From Candidatus Hermodarchaeota archaeon (GTDB lineage: Archaea; Asgardarchaeota; Hermodarchaeia; Hermodarchaeales; Hermodarchaeaceae), in contig JAEOTO010000006.1 of NCBI GenBank assembly GCA_016839805.1, positions 64,001 to 128,000 of the forward strand: a DNA stretch of 64,000 nucleotides. The letters run 5' to 3'. A program made the translations under genes and the position numbers. The notes beneath the pieces are model-generated. The model did not search any database. It was not told the DNA's origin and worked only from the letters and a program-made list of their open reading frames with translations. Each line of letters opens with the position of its first letter. Position 1 is the first letter of the stretch. This document shows, piece by piece, positions 9,676 through 18,887 of this stretch.

Positions 9676-10368
9676 GTGCAACAGAACACTTTTTTCCTCA
9701 TTATCCACAGTTCTGTAAGAGGGTTTTTTGCCTTGTCAACAGAGATTCCAATCGGGGAACTATCACCTAGCCTTGCCTTTGGGGCCGCCTACTTCTGCAT
9801 TTCTTCCATTGGTACACGCCTCACAAATATTGCGGAAACCTATACAGAGGAGGGCTTCTTTGGCACAGCCACAGTGGCCTTCCGTATGCCTAACACTGAG
9901 GATCGATTAGAAGTAACACTCCTTGTCGACTCAAAATCTCCCGCTATTCAACTTGAACTTAGTGGAGGAGATGAAGAAAAACAACCAGAATACCTAAAGG
10001 AAATTGCACAACGCATCACTGAAACCCTGGAACTCTTCAGTAATGTTCCAGGCGTCAAATTGTCCCATGCCTCTAAAGCTGTCGTTGTTGAACGGAAAAT
10101 TGACGAGTCACTCAATCAACTCCTTACTGACCCCGATTATCAAAAGGTCTATGTTAAAGTCGCTGACGCTCGTGAACGCCTAATTCGTATTGGTGGTGAC
10201 TTCCAACCCGCTACCCTCGAAATGGGCGCCATCTTGACGCCCCTTGCTGGCAAAACCGGACCCATACCACCAGAGGCGCATGAAGAGCTCGCTTTGAACC
10301 TGCTCCGATGGAAAAAAGAGATTAAGAAAGTCGTAAACCAGCTAACAACAGAAACGGATGAAGAATAA
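9676..10368 (+). CDS. Hypothetical protein (start may be TTG at 9733)
   Basis: 230-aa ORF with globular composition filling the gap; no motif recognised. Confidence 0.7.
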   Translation: MQQNTFFLIIHSSVRGFFALSTEIPIGELSPSLAFGAAYFCISSIGTRLTNIAETYTEEGFFGTATVAFRMPNTEDRLEVTLLVDSKSPAIQLELSGGDEEKQPEYLKEIAQRITETLELFSNVPGVKLSHASKAVVVERKIDESLNQLLTDPDYQKVYVKVADARERLIRIGGDFQPATLEMGAILTPLAGKTGPIPPEAHEELALNLLRWKKEIKKVVNQLTTETDEE

Positions 10369-10379
10369 CCCTCACAAGG

Positions 10380-10604
10380 CTATGCGCCATACCGCCACTT
10401 TTCCACTTTTTTATCCTTCTTTGTCTGCTTCTTGAATAGCTTGTAGTGTTTTTGACATAAATAGGTCCGTCGAGCCCGATTATCCTTCAACGATATCCCT
10501 GTTGACTGAAGTGCCTCTCTTGCTTTATCAGTGGCGAAGGATCGAACCGCCTTCTCCTCACATCCTTCCACACTGCAAACTGCGCCCTGCTTCACCTTAC
10601 CCAT
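10380..10604 (-). CDS. Small basic Zn-binding protein (C-x4-C...C-x2-H)
   Basis: MGKVKQGAVCSVEGC...YLCQKHYKLFKK; start set at the ATG after a GGGGTG SD. Confidence 0.8.
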   Translation of the reverse strand: MGKVKQGAVCSVEGCEEKAVRSFATDKAREALQSTGISLKDNRARRTYLCQKHYKLFKKQTKKDKKVEKWRYGA

Positions 10605-10625
10605 TCGACCACACCCCAAGTAGCT

Positions 10626-11732
10626 CTAAGCATACTCCACCTTGATAGCATCATGACCACATTTTGCTGTACAATCTAAACACAGAATGCAGTCAGGACT
10701 GTAGATTTTTCCAAAAGGACGTTCAATCACATCAATACCTACTGGACATGCAGTTTTGCATCGTTGTCGATCGCAGGTGGGTCCCAGACATTCAGTGGCT
10801 GATCGGGACACGGTGAGGAAACTGAATTGCCCAACAAGGCCCATCATGGCACCAACCGGGCAGATCCAACGGCAATAGGGGCGCCGGATAAAGAGAGCAA
10901 TGAAAATGATAATTGCAAGGAAAATAATTCGAATCCACATAAGAGGGTTCCAAAAAATGGGTGGGGGATTCCACTGCGTCAGGATTGGAGAGACAATTCC
11001 AAATATCCAGAGGTAAGGAAGGATGACGAAGAATGTTCCTGATGGGCTAAGGACAGCCCAGAAGGCAGTACCGAAGGCTCCAAGAGTGGTCACCAACCCT
11101 TGTTCTATTCCAAGAAATGTCGAACTCCCGACCCAAGCTACCATGAATAGGGTGATGAAAAGGATGATGTATTTAATTCGAGAGAGTTGACGATCAGTAT
11201 TTTTTGAGGGATATCGAGTTCGAATCGGAGTGAGAGCGAAGAGGTCTTGAACAAAACCGAAGGGACAAATCCATCCGCAGAAACTTCGACCTACTAAAAT
11301 AGGAACAATAAAAATAACGCCGACAGCGATGAAGGGAAACACGCCTGCTTGACCGATGAATTGAATCATGTCAAAGTACCCAGTTGCGGTGCCTTGTGCT
11401 ATTCCTTGTGGCATATCAAAAGGCATAGGAATATACCCAAAAATTGGGATTAGATACGCGACCCCTGCAAAGATAGTGGAGAACAAGGGGTCGTATCCTA
11501 ATACAAAAACAATACCTGCATAGAATAATAATAGAAAGGCGATGAGCTGGACTACGAATCGAATAATGCGAATGGCAAGCAATTCGTCAAAGGCTTTCTT
11601 CACCCAGTAGTGGAGGGTTTTATGTGGACGGCTCTTTTCTAGAAGGATTTTCTTCCATCGGGTAAATACTCGGCCAATGCGGACCCAGAAGCGTTCTGTT
11701 TCCTCTGGTGTTTCGGCTTCGTTTTCGCTCAT
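10626..11732 (-). CDS. NapH/MauN-family membrane 4Fe-4S binding protein
   Basis: GRSFCGWICPFG, RPYCRWICPVG, C-terminal CILCLDCTAKC; start moved to ATG 11732 behind GAGGAG. Confidence 0.9.
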   Translation of the reverse strand: MSENEAETPEETERFWVRIGRVFTRWKKILLEKSRPHKTLHYWVKKAFDELLAIRIIRFVVQLIAFLLLFYAGIVFVLGYDPLFSTIFAGVAYLIPIFGYIPMPFDMPQGIAQGTATGYFDMIQFIGQAGVFPFIAVGVIFIVPILVGRSFCGWICPFGFVQDLFALTPIRTRYPSKNTDRQLSRIKYIILFITLFMVAWVGSSTFLGIEQGLVTTLGAFGTAFWAVLSPSGTFFVILPYLWIFGIVSPILTQWNPPPIFWNPLMWIRIIFLAIIIFIALFIRRPYCRWICPVGAMMGLVGQFSFLTVSRSATECLGPTCDRQRCKTACPVGIDVIERPFGKIYSPDCILCLDCTAKCGHDAIKVEYA

Positions 11733-11745
11733 TTTCTTACTCTCC

Positions 11746-11901
11746 TCAGGGTAGTAGCGGTTGTGGGAAGTAAGGTGCATATGCATCGGAGAAGACTTGG
11801 AGCCATGAGCGAACGATCTCATGTTGCCCGAGACTTAATCCGAAAGCGAGGGCTGCAAAACCTATGCAGAGGATGGCAATAGCAATGACTCGTCGGTTCA
11901 T
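11746..11901 (-). CDS. 51-aa single-TM peptide upstream of the NapH-like gene (not in ORF track)
   Basis: MNRRVIAIAILCIGFAALAFGLSLGQHEIVRSWLQVFSDAYAPYFPQPLLP*. AGAGGTAA SD; its stop overlaps the SD of the next gene. Confidence 0.7.
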   Translation of the reverse strand: MNRRVIAIAILCIGFAALAFGLSLGQHEIVRSWLQVFSDAYAPYFPQPLLP

Positions 11902-11995
11902 GAATACTTACCTCTGGTGAGAGGTTCAGAAATGCACTAGCGTATAAAATGTTTTGCGTTGGGTCGAGCTTTTCTACTTCACGAGGAAAATTTGG

Positions 11996-12748
11996 TTAGA
12001 AATCGCGTAGAACGGTTTCGAAGATTTCGACTTGGTGTCCAAGAACTTTGGACCGTTTCTCTAATTTTGTTTTCCGAGACTTATAATCCGTTTCTTTGAC
12101 TTCACCCACAGAGTGACGGGCATCTAAAAGCGATAATTCATCTCGGACTGCCTTATACTGAGCTTTGAGTAGTGCCAACCATTCACGGGCTATGACGACT
12201 TGTTCCTGATATTGAGCATCAGTTTCAGATTGGTTCTTCTTATACTCTTCCTGGAGCCGTAGATAGACACTTTCACGAACTTTGCCCTCCTCCTTAAGCC
12301 CCTCCAGTTTCTCAATCCGATCTTTCCATCGGTGGCGCTCCTTGCCTGCCTTTTCAAAATTAAATTCTTTGACCTTAGCTTTCAGTTTCTTTTCACGGGC
12401 CTTCAAAGCCTTAATCTTCTTTTGCAAAGGTTTGATTTCCTTTTCTAACTCAGCAATCGACCGATCGCCTTGCTCTAACTCTTTATCGAGCTTTTCTAAT
12501 TCTTTAAGAAGCTCTGTTTCTTCTTCTTCCAAGCTCATTATTTCAGATCGAGCTTCCAACTGTCTAAGCACTTCGGCAGGCACTTCAGTAACAGGCTCTC
12601 GATCTGGCACCACAGGTACTGCCCGACTAGTAGTCACTGGGCGAGATACCGGAGTCGACACAGATGGACCTAATTTGGCACCGCAATATTTACAAAACTT
12701 CGCTGAATCCTTCACCGATTGCCCGCAGTTAGAACATATACGTGGCAT
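11996..12748 (-). CDS. Zinc ribbon + CdvA-like coiled-coil protein
   Basis: CSNCG-x8-FCKYCG; RIEKLEGLKEEGKVRESVY..L..EY and LDARHSVGEV...Y resemble the CdvA C-terminal helical region. Confidence 0.75.
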   Translation of the reverse strand: MPRICSNCGQSVKDSAKFCKYCGAKLGPSVSTPVSRPVTTSRAVPVVPDREPVTEVPAEVLRQLEARSEIMSLEEEETELLKELEKLDKELEQGDRSIAELEKEIKPLQKKIKALKAREKKLKAKVKEFNFEKAGKERHRWKDRIEKLEGLKEEGKVRESVYLRLQEEYKKNQSETDAQYQEQVVIAREWLALLKAQYKAVRDELSLLDARHSVGEVKETDYKSRKTKLEKRSKVLGHQVEIFETVLRDF

Positions 12749-12893
12749 ACACTCACCTGCCGAATCTCTTATAATTTCACACCTAAAATCCTTCGCTAAC
12801 CCAAATTTTACATTACAAAAAATATCAAAATTTCCGTAAAGTATATGCCCACGAAGTTAGCACCACTACATGAACATAAGAGGGACAGGAACG

Positions 12894-13784
12894 ATGCAAT
12901 TCGATCTGTTTAGCTTCATCCTAACCTATTGGTGGATTATCGTAATCCTCGTCTTCATCATCATACTCCTTCTCATCGTCCCCTTCATCAAAATCCTCAA
13001 AGAGTACGAACGAGCCGTCATCTTCCGCCTCGGACGCGCCGTACCCGGCGTCAAAGGCCCCGGAGTTGTCATCCTACTACCAATTCTGGACAAAATGGTC
13101 AAAGTCGATCTCCGCGAACAATACTTCGAAATCGAACACCAACGCTGTATCACCAGTGACAACGCCCCCGTCGACATCGACCTCCTCATCTACCACCGCG
13201 TCATCAACGCCCGAGACAGCGTCCTCCGCATCCGCGACTTCAGCGGCGCCGCCCTCGGCATCAGCCAAACCACCCTACGCGCCGTCGTCGGCGACATCAC
13301 CCTCGACGACGTCCTCGCCAAACGCGAATACATCAACAGCATACTCCGAGAAAAACTCGACGAAAACACTGAGCCATGGGGTGTCAAAGTTACTAAGGTG
13401 GAAATCCGTGAGATTCTTCCTCCTACGAAGGTAAATGAGGCGATGATCATGCAGATGGAAGCCGAGAGGCGACGTCGTGCTATGGTCACGGAGGCTGCGG
13501 GTAAACGTGAGGCGACGATTGCTGTTGCTGAGGGTGATAAGCGGTCTGCGATTCTGAAAGCTGAGGGTGACAGGGAGGCTTCTATTCTTCGGGCTGAAGG
13601 TGAAGCGCTGGCTTTACAGAAGGTCTTCGATGTTGCGAAGGGTATTGATGAGAAGACAATGACGCTTCAGTACCTGAATACCTTACAGGTTATTGGCGCA
13701 AGTGAGAGTACGAAGTATGTGATTCCCATCGAGTTTACCCAGCTCATTTCGCCGATTCAAAAATTCTTGAAGGCTGTCAAGTAG
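12894..13784 (+). CDS. SPFH/stomatin (band 7) protein
   Basis: TM helix, EYERAVIFRLGR, VDLRE, QTTLRAVVG, PWGVKVTKVEI, EAERRRRA. Confidence 0.95.
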   Translation: MQFDLFSFILTYWWIIVILVFIIILLLIVPFIKILKEYERAVIFRLGRAVPGVKGPGVVILLPILDKMVKVDLREQYFEIEHQRCITSDNAPVDIDLLIYHRVINARDSVLRIRDFSGAALGISQTTLRAVVGDITLDDVLAKREYINSILREKLDENTEPWGVKVTKVEIREILPPTKVNEAMIMQMEAERRRRAMVTEAAGKREATIAVAEGDKRSAILKAEGDREASILRAEGEALALQKVFDVAKGIDEKTMTLQYLNTLQVIGASESTKYVIPIEFTQLISPIQKFLKAVK

Positions 13785-13805
13785 GACTGGTTTACGATAT
13801 TCCCT

Positions 13806-13832
13806 GAGCCAGGTAGACGTTCTACCTGGTTC
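13806..13832. terminator. Stem-loop between convergent genes
   Basis: GAGCCAGGTAGA-CGT-TCTACCTGGTTC, a 12-bp stem with one G-T pair. Confidence 0.5.
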
Positions 13833-13850
13833 CTCGTCTCATATTACGTG

Positions 13851-14162
13851 CTATTTGGCCGCGGCTTGAATCTTTTCCTTGGCTGTTTCTCGGGTATCGT
13901 TATCCAAGACAGTGGTGTAGGAGTCATAGCCAGGTAGGCCGGTGGTGATTTCTTCGATGAGGAGCATGAGGGCTTTTTCGGCATCAAGGTCCCGTACTTC
14001 AAGGCTGGCATCATCAAAGATGAAACTTGCTTCTTTCCATTTCCCTTCTCCGATTTGATACATCAAATACAGGTAATCATCAGTCATGAGTATGGCGGAT
14101 TTGACTTTCCATGCTTCTTCTAAGATTTCGAGAGTTTTGTTGGCGTTCTCCTCTTTGCTCAT
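13851..14162 (-). CDS. Hypothetical protein
   Basis: 103-aa acidic ORF, ATG with GAAGTGA SD. Confidence 0.7.
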   Translation of the reverse strand: MSKEENANKTLEILEEAWKVKSAILMTDDYLYLMYQIGEGKWKEASFIFDDASLEVRDLDAEKALMLLIEEITTGLPGYDSYTTVLDNDTRETAKEKIQAAAK

Positions 14163-14243
14163 GAGACATCACTTCAGTGTAAGTGTACTTTACATTGGCG
14201 CATAAAAATCCGGTGGTAAAAAAGTGGTGGTTCTTACAAGGAT

Positions 14244-14804
14244 TTAGGGTTTGATCCAGGAGAAAACGAAGTAGCGGATTTTCCCTTTTTCGGTGGAAGT
14301 GGCTAGGACAAATCGTTTCCGTACGGAGGTGGCGAGTCGACCAGCACGGACAACTTCGATGGCTGAGACTTCATCGGATTTCGCAATTACCTCGACGATG
14401 AAAAGCGAATGATCGATACCCGGACCTTGCCGGTAAACTGCAAAATCTGCTCCAAATTTGAGTCCCGGGCGAACGACGAATCCGCGTTTTCTGAGGTCCT
14501 CATACACCTGGTACTTCCGACTGAAATCTTGATGGTGCTCCTCAGCGATGGCAATTAGTCTCCTTTCGTCTAATGGAGCTTTAGGGTCCTCTATGAATAT
14601 CTCGATGGTGCCCTTACGAAGTAGGTGAAGAGCTTCGAAGAAGGATAGTTGGGAGGGGCGGTCGAATTCAGTGGTTTTAGGCTTTCGAATGCCAAGTGGT
14701 TTGCCATAGAATCCATTGCTATATAGCTTTGAACCGTCTGCGGGGTCCCAGACAATGACTTTGTTTTCTACAATTTGGGTTGGAATACGTTGCGTGGCTG
14801 GCAT
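14244..14804 (-). CDS. endA: tRNA-intron splicing endonuclease, catalytic subunit
   Basis: VYEDLRKRGFVVRPGLKFGADFAVY; Y/H/K triad (VY..GPGIDH, VRK). Confidence 0.95.
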   Translation of the reverse strand: MPATQRIPTQIVENKVIVWDPADGSKLYSNGFYGKPLGIRKPKTTEFDRPSQLSFFEALHLLRKGTIEIFIEDPKAPLDERRLIAIAEEHHQDFSRKYQVYEDLRKRGFVVRPGLKFGADFAVYRQGPGIDHSLFIVEVIAKSDEVSAIEVVRAGRLATSVRKRFVLATSTEKGKIRYFVFSWIKP

Positions 14805-14862
14805 TATAAATTACCTGGAATTCGACTGAGGTATTCAGAGGATTGGTGATTTAAAAGGAGTC

Positions 14863-15516
14863 CTATGGAATCCGAGCAATTGCGATAATTCTGACTGCGT
14901 CAGCAGCATCTTCAGCAGCGTCCGCAATTTCCTCAAGATGTTGTCCTAAATCCTTTAGGCGTAATAAGACTTTGATATCAAGATTGGACTGATAGAGGAA
15001 CTGTCCAAATTTGCGATGAGCAGCATCAGCATCTCGCTCAGCTGAATCAACTTCCATGGCCATTTCAACGGCTTTGTCAGAGTTCTGCTTTAAGAACAGA
15101 ATAGCCTGCCTCATCTTATATACAGCATCAGAAAGCGCATCCAACATCGCTTTGAAGTGTCCTCGTGTCTTCTTATCAGGTTGAAATTCTTCAAGACCTG
15201 AAAGGTCCCAGGCTGAAGCCTCACAAAGATCAGCGATATCGTCAGTTCGCATGACTAAACGGAAGTAATCACTTCGTCGGAGCATCGTTTCTGCAACGGA
15301 TAATTCATCCAAAATTACTCGTTTGATACTGTCAGCTTTCCGTTCCAGTTTCGCTAGTTTGTTAAAATGGTCACGGTGTCGTCCCTTTTTTCCTTCCATC
15401 CAGTCTTCAATCATGACGCGGAGGGCTTTTGCCGCTTGTAGAACAACACCCGCATGATCTTGAGCAATAGCTATTGCTTTGTATTCAGCACGATTTCCTG
15501 CGCGTTCTAAGGTCAC
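14863..15516 (-). CDS. DUF47/PhoU-like phosphate transport regulator
   Basis: Duplicated LERKAD...DDIAD / AERDAD...EEIADAAED motifs. Confidence 0.9.
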   Translation of the reverse strand: MTLERAGNRAEYKAIAIAQDHAGVVLQAAKALRVMIEDWMEGKKGRHRDHFNKLAKLERKADSIKRVILDELSVAETMLRRSDYFRLVMRTDDIADLCEASAWDLSGLEEFQPDKKTRGHFKAMLDALSDAVYKMRQAILFLKQNSDKAVEMAMEVDSAERDADAAHRKFGQFLYQSNLDIKVLLRLKDLGQHLEEIADAAEDAADAVRIIAIARIP

Positions 15517-15584
15517 GTTCGTTCAACCTCTCGGCGTGGGTGGGTCAGGTACACCTCTATTAAAGCCTATCGTATGCACTTTAT

Positions 15585-15802
15585 CAAAAGTTGTGAGAAG
15601 AACCCGTCCGTCAGGGCGGGGAGGAATCGCGGAGTTTAAAAGGCTCGATAAATAGACACGGGTGAGGTCCCGGTTGGGAGCCGAGAACCAAGGCGTACTT
15701 GACCGGGCAATATCGCCGGAACGGTGAGTAGAGCCTGTGGACCAGTCGGCACTAGTCGATGGCGTGAAGCAGGAAACCCCCCTTCAGGTCGGGGTAGTTC
15801 AC
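15585..15802 (+). mobile_element. Non-autonomous IS200/IS605 element (PATE-like), 218 bp, no ORF
   Basis: TTTAT|left end with hairpin 15603-15620 preceded by AAGA; right-end hairpin followed by GTAGTTCAC. Removing the element restores TGA TAA at the end of uppP. Confidence 0.85.
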
Positions 15803-15822
15803 CATGGAACTCCGAAAATTAT
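15660..15822 (+). ncRNA. Stand-alone TnpB omega-RNA (reRNA) scaffold plus flanking guide (boundaries approximate)
   Basis: GCCTGTGG...GAAGCAGGAA scaffold typical of tnpB 3' ends; TTTAAAAG TATA at 15635; extra 5' stem 15669-15707. Confidence 0.6.
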
Positions 15823-16650
15823 TGTAGGAATCGTGAGAATCAAGACAATGGCTCCTAAAATGACACAAAAGATCCACCATGGAATACGTACGGCGGAGTA
15901 TCGAAGTACCGTTAGTACTCCTAAACCAGTGAGAAAAGCTACTATCACCATCATTGCGAAAAATGTCCAAGGTAGAACAAAAAGTGCTTCGCCAAAGATG
16001 AGGTCAAGAGCCACTACACCAAAAGTCGCGGGAACGGCTAAAATGAAGCTCAAGCGAAGTGCTTCTTCGCGCTTTACGCCCCGAACTAGTAACCAGGTTA
16101 ATGTCATTCCCGACCGGCTAATTCCTGGTAACACGGCAATTCCTTGAAGTAATCCTAACACGAAGGCTTCTCTAAGGGAGATGTCGATTAGTAACAAATC
16201 ACCCTGAACACCTCGCTGAAAATACAACACCACACCTGTAACAATCAAAAGGATTCCAACAAAAGCCGTGATCACATTTCCCAAGAAGTATGTTACAAAT
16301 CCTTGGAGAAAAAAGTACAACGGCAAAGCCACAACAACAGTACCAAGTGTGCCTACAATTACAAAAACAAAGAGTGGACCAAACAACTTCTTTGAGCTTG
16401 TTTTTGTAGTCATTTCTTCCTTTGTTGGAGGTGATATTCGCGCGTATAACGGACTAAAAATATCGCGGTGATAAAAGACAATGATTGTGAAAGCTGTACC
16501 AAGATGCAACCAGAAGATAAGCGAGAGTGTAAAAGCGGCGTCAAAATGATATATGTTAACAGCAACAAGCAATATCTGCCCCTCACTGCTCACTGGTAGA
16601 AACTCAAGCAGACCCTGCATCAGCGCTAGCAAAAGAAGCGGAATAATCAT
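15799..16650 (-). CDS. uppP: Undecaprenyl-diphosphate phosphatase (BacA/UppP)
   Basis: QGLLEFLPVSSEG, LHLGT, PGISRSG, LSFILAVP; start at ATG after AGGTGA. Confidence 0.93.
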   Translation of the reverse strand: MIIPLLLLALMQGLLEFLPVSSEGQILLVAVNIYHFDAAFTLSLIFWLHLGTAFTIIVFYHRDIFSPLYARISPPTKEEMTTKTSSKKLFGPLFVFVIVGTLGTVVVALPLYFFLQGFVTYFLGNVITAFVGILLIVTGVVLYFQRGVQGDLLLIDISLREAFVLGLLQGIAVLPGISRSGMTLTWLLVRGVKREEALRLSFILAVPATFGVVALDLIFGEALFVLPWTFFAMMVIVAFLTGLGVLTVLRYSAVRIPWWIFCVILGAIVLILTIPTIIFGVPW

Positions 16651-16833
16651 ACTCGCCTTCACCTATGCTAGTCACCGATGAGACGAACTTCACCTATAAG
16701 GATTATCAGTCAAACCGCGGACCAAAAAGCACACAATCAATCCAAACAGTTACCCCTTATTGTTCCTTTCTGCTTTTTATTGAAGGCGAATCGCTTAAAA
16801 CCTGCCGTTGTCAAATTCTTTCGAGGATTGGCA

Positions 16834-17196
16834 GTGGATAACGATCAGAAGACCCCCTCAATTAAAAATAAGAAATTAACTGTCCTTCGTGAAATCGTAC
16901 AAGGAGATCTCACCAGACGCGAAATTCTACGGTGTCTTAGCGATGGGATGTGGCACACAACTTCCGAACTAGCACGGTACGCGCGAAAAACCAATCCTGT
17001 CATGGGGCTGGTGACAGTTGGTACCATTCTTAGTCGAATGCGAGAACAACTGGGGGAACACTTCTTAGAACAAATGGTCCAGAAAGCGGAAGAAGGCATT
17101 ACTTCTTGGCGGATTGGTGTGGATTGGCTGGATATTGTTAACGAAGCCCTTAAAGAAGATGAAACGCCATCGAGTTCATCAATTTTTAACGCTTGA
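16834..17196 (+). CDS. Winged-helix DNA-binding protein
   Basis: RREILRCLSDGMWHTTSELA; GTG 16834 follows GAGGA (the ORF track extends to 16678). Confidence 0.7.
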   Translation: MDNDQKTPSIKNKKLTVLREIVQGDLTRREILRCLSDGMWHTTSELARYARKTNPVMGLVTVGTILSRMREQLGEHFLEQMVQKAEEGITSWRIGVDWLDIVNEALKEDETPSSSSIFNA

Positions 17197-17327
17197 GCTA
17201 ACCCTTTTACTTCATTTGGAAAACACAGGGCTTAACACAGCCTCCACTAATAATCGGTCTTTTTATCGGTGTAAAACTTAAGTAGGAGCAGTAAGAACGG
17301 TTATTTTAGAAAAAAAGGGTGTAGTAA

Positions 17328-17567
17328 ATGCCGAGAGAAAAAACCACTCGTGTTATTCCGCTTGCTCCCATTGATCGCCTTATCCGGAAAGCCGGTGCCG
17401 AACGGGTTAGTGAACATGCAGCTACTGAACTAGGTGAAGTCCTCGAGGAACTAGGGATTGATATCGCAACTATAGCGAAAGAACTCTCTGAATTTGCTGG
17501 GCGAAAAACCGTTACCCGTAAAGATGTGCGACTTGCCTATAAACAGTGGAAGAAGACCCGACGCTAA
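17328..17567 (+). CDS. Archaeal histone (HMf-type single fold)
   Basis: IPLAPIDRLIRKAGAERVS...AGRKTVTRKDVRLA. Confidence 0.95.
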   Translation: MPREKTTRVIPLAPIDRLIRKAGAERVSEHAATELGEVLEELGIDIATIAKELSEFAGRKTVTRKDVRLAYKQWKKTRR

Positions 17568-17651
17568 TTCCCTGACTAGACAAGGAACATTCTCAAGACT
17601 TTAAATGGGTTCAATAGCACAATCTTAGTCAATATTCTTTTTTAGGTGAAC

Positions 17652-18872
17652 ATGATGCCAGACAATACATTACGTAATAACCTCGTGACCGAACGCACTA
17701 AGACAATTCATTATGCTATTCGTGATGTTGTAGTTGCTGCGAAAAAACTTGAAGCCAAAGGTCAAAAAATCACGTTTCTAAACATAGGTGATCCTATCGT
17801 CTATGACTTTGAAACTCCACACTTCATGATCGAAGCCTTTTGCAAGGCTGCAAAACAAGGGTTTAATGGATATTCTGCCTCGCAGGGAATCCCTGAGTTC
17901 CGTGAGGCTGTTGTTGAAAAGGAGAAACGAATCAACCAGGTCTCAATTCTCGCGCAAGATGTCATCGCAACTGCTGGAATTTCCGAAGGGATTCAAATGA
18001 TGATGGCAGCTCTTGTCCACCCTAAATCCGAGGTATTAGTCCCCGGACCAACTTATCCACCTTATCTCGCATTTGTCAGGTTCTTTAATGGAAAAGCAGT
18101 CACCTATCGTTGTATCGAAACCGAAGGGTGGCGACCAGATATCGAAGATATACGCGCCAAAATCTCCGATAAAACTGCTGCCATGGTGCTCATCAATCCT
18201 AACAACCCTACTGGCGCGATTTATCCCCCCAAAACCCTCCAAGCTTTCATCGATCTTGCTGGCGAATACAGGATTCCCCTTATTTCCGATGAGGTTTATG
18301 ACCGCTTAACCTATGATCAAACGGCAGCGAGTACGGCTTCTCTAGCGAAGGATGTCCCTATCATCGGTTTTAATGGACTATCCAAAGTATTTCTTGTTCC
18401 TGGATGGCGGATTGGTTACATGTACTTCCATCATCAAAACCAGGAATTGAACGAGCTCAAAGAACACATACTCAAACAAGCCCGAATCCGCATTTGCACT
18501 AACGCTCCTGCCCAATATGCAGCAGCTACTGCCTTGCACGAATCAGATGCCTATCTTCAGGATGTATTATCCCGTCTTCGAGAACGCCGAGATCTTGTCT
18601 GGAACCGCCTCAACGAAATTAACGGAATTTCTGCAACCAAGCCTGAAGGGGCTTTCTACATTTTTCCCAGTATCGATTTACAGAAAAGATGGTCAACAGA
18701 TGAAGCGTTCGTCATGGCCCTGCTAAAAGAAACTGGTGTTTTAGTTGTTCATGGTTCAGGCTTTGATCCCATTTTTGGTGCTGGACATTTTCGTTTAGTT
18801 TTTCTCGCTCCGCCAACTACACTCAACTCAGCGTTGAATGCCATTCAGCGGTTCGTTGAAAAAAGTCACTAA
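17652..18872 (+). CDS. PLP-dependent aminotransferase class I/II (alanine aminotransferase-like)
   Basis: IHYAIRDVV, LNIGDP, INPNNPTG, SDEVY, GLSK..LVPGWRIG. Confidence 0.93.
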   Translation: MMPDNTLRNNLVTERTKTIHYAIRDVVVAAKKLEAKGQKITFLNIGDPIVYDFETPHFMIEAFCKAAKQGFNGYSASQGIPEFREAVVEKEKRINQVSILAQDVIATAGISEGIQMMMAALVHPKSEVLVPGPTYPPYLAFVRFFNGKAVTYRCIETEGWRPDIEDIRAKISDKTAAMVLINPNNPTGAIYPPKTLQAFIDLAGEYRIPLISDEVYDRLTYDQTAASTASLAKDVPIIGFNGLSKVFLVPGWRIGYMYFHHQNQELNELKEHILKQARIRICTNAPAQYAAATALHESDAYLQDVLSRLRERRDLVWNRLNEINGISATKPEGAFYIFPSIDLQKRWSTDEAFVMALLKETGVLVVHGSGFDPIFGAGHFRLVFLAPPTTLNSALNAIQRFVEKSH

Positions 18873-18887
18873 ATATCATACTCGCAT

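Noticed and set aside
11740-11750. Possible selenocysteine read-through of the TGA ending the 51-aa peptide
   Set aside because: TAA follows after two more codons, the frame does not join the downstream gene, and no SECIS was seen.
15737-16147. 136-aa + strand ORF starting in the omega-RNA
   Set aside because: Antisense to uppP, spans the element junction and has no TnpA/TnpB motifs.
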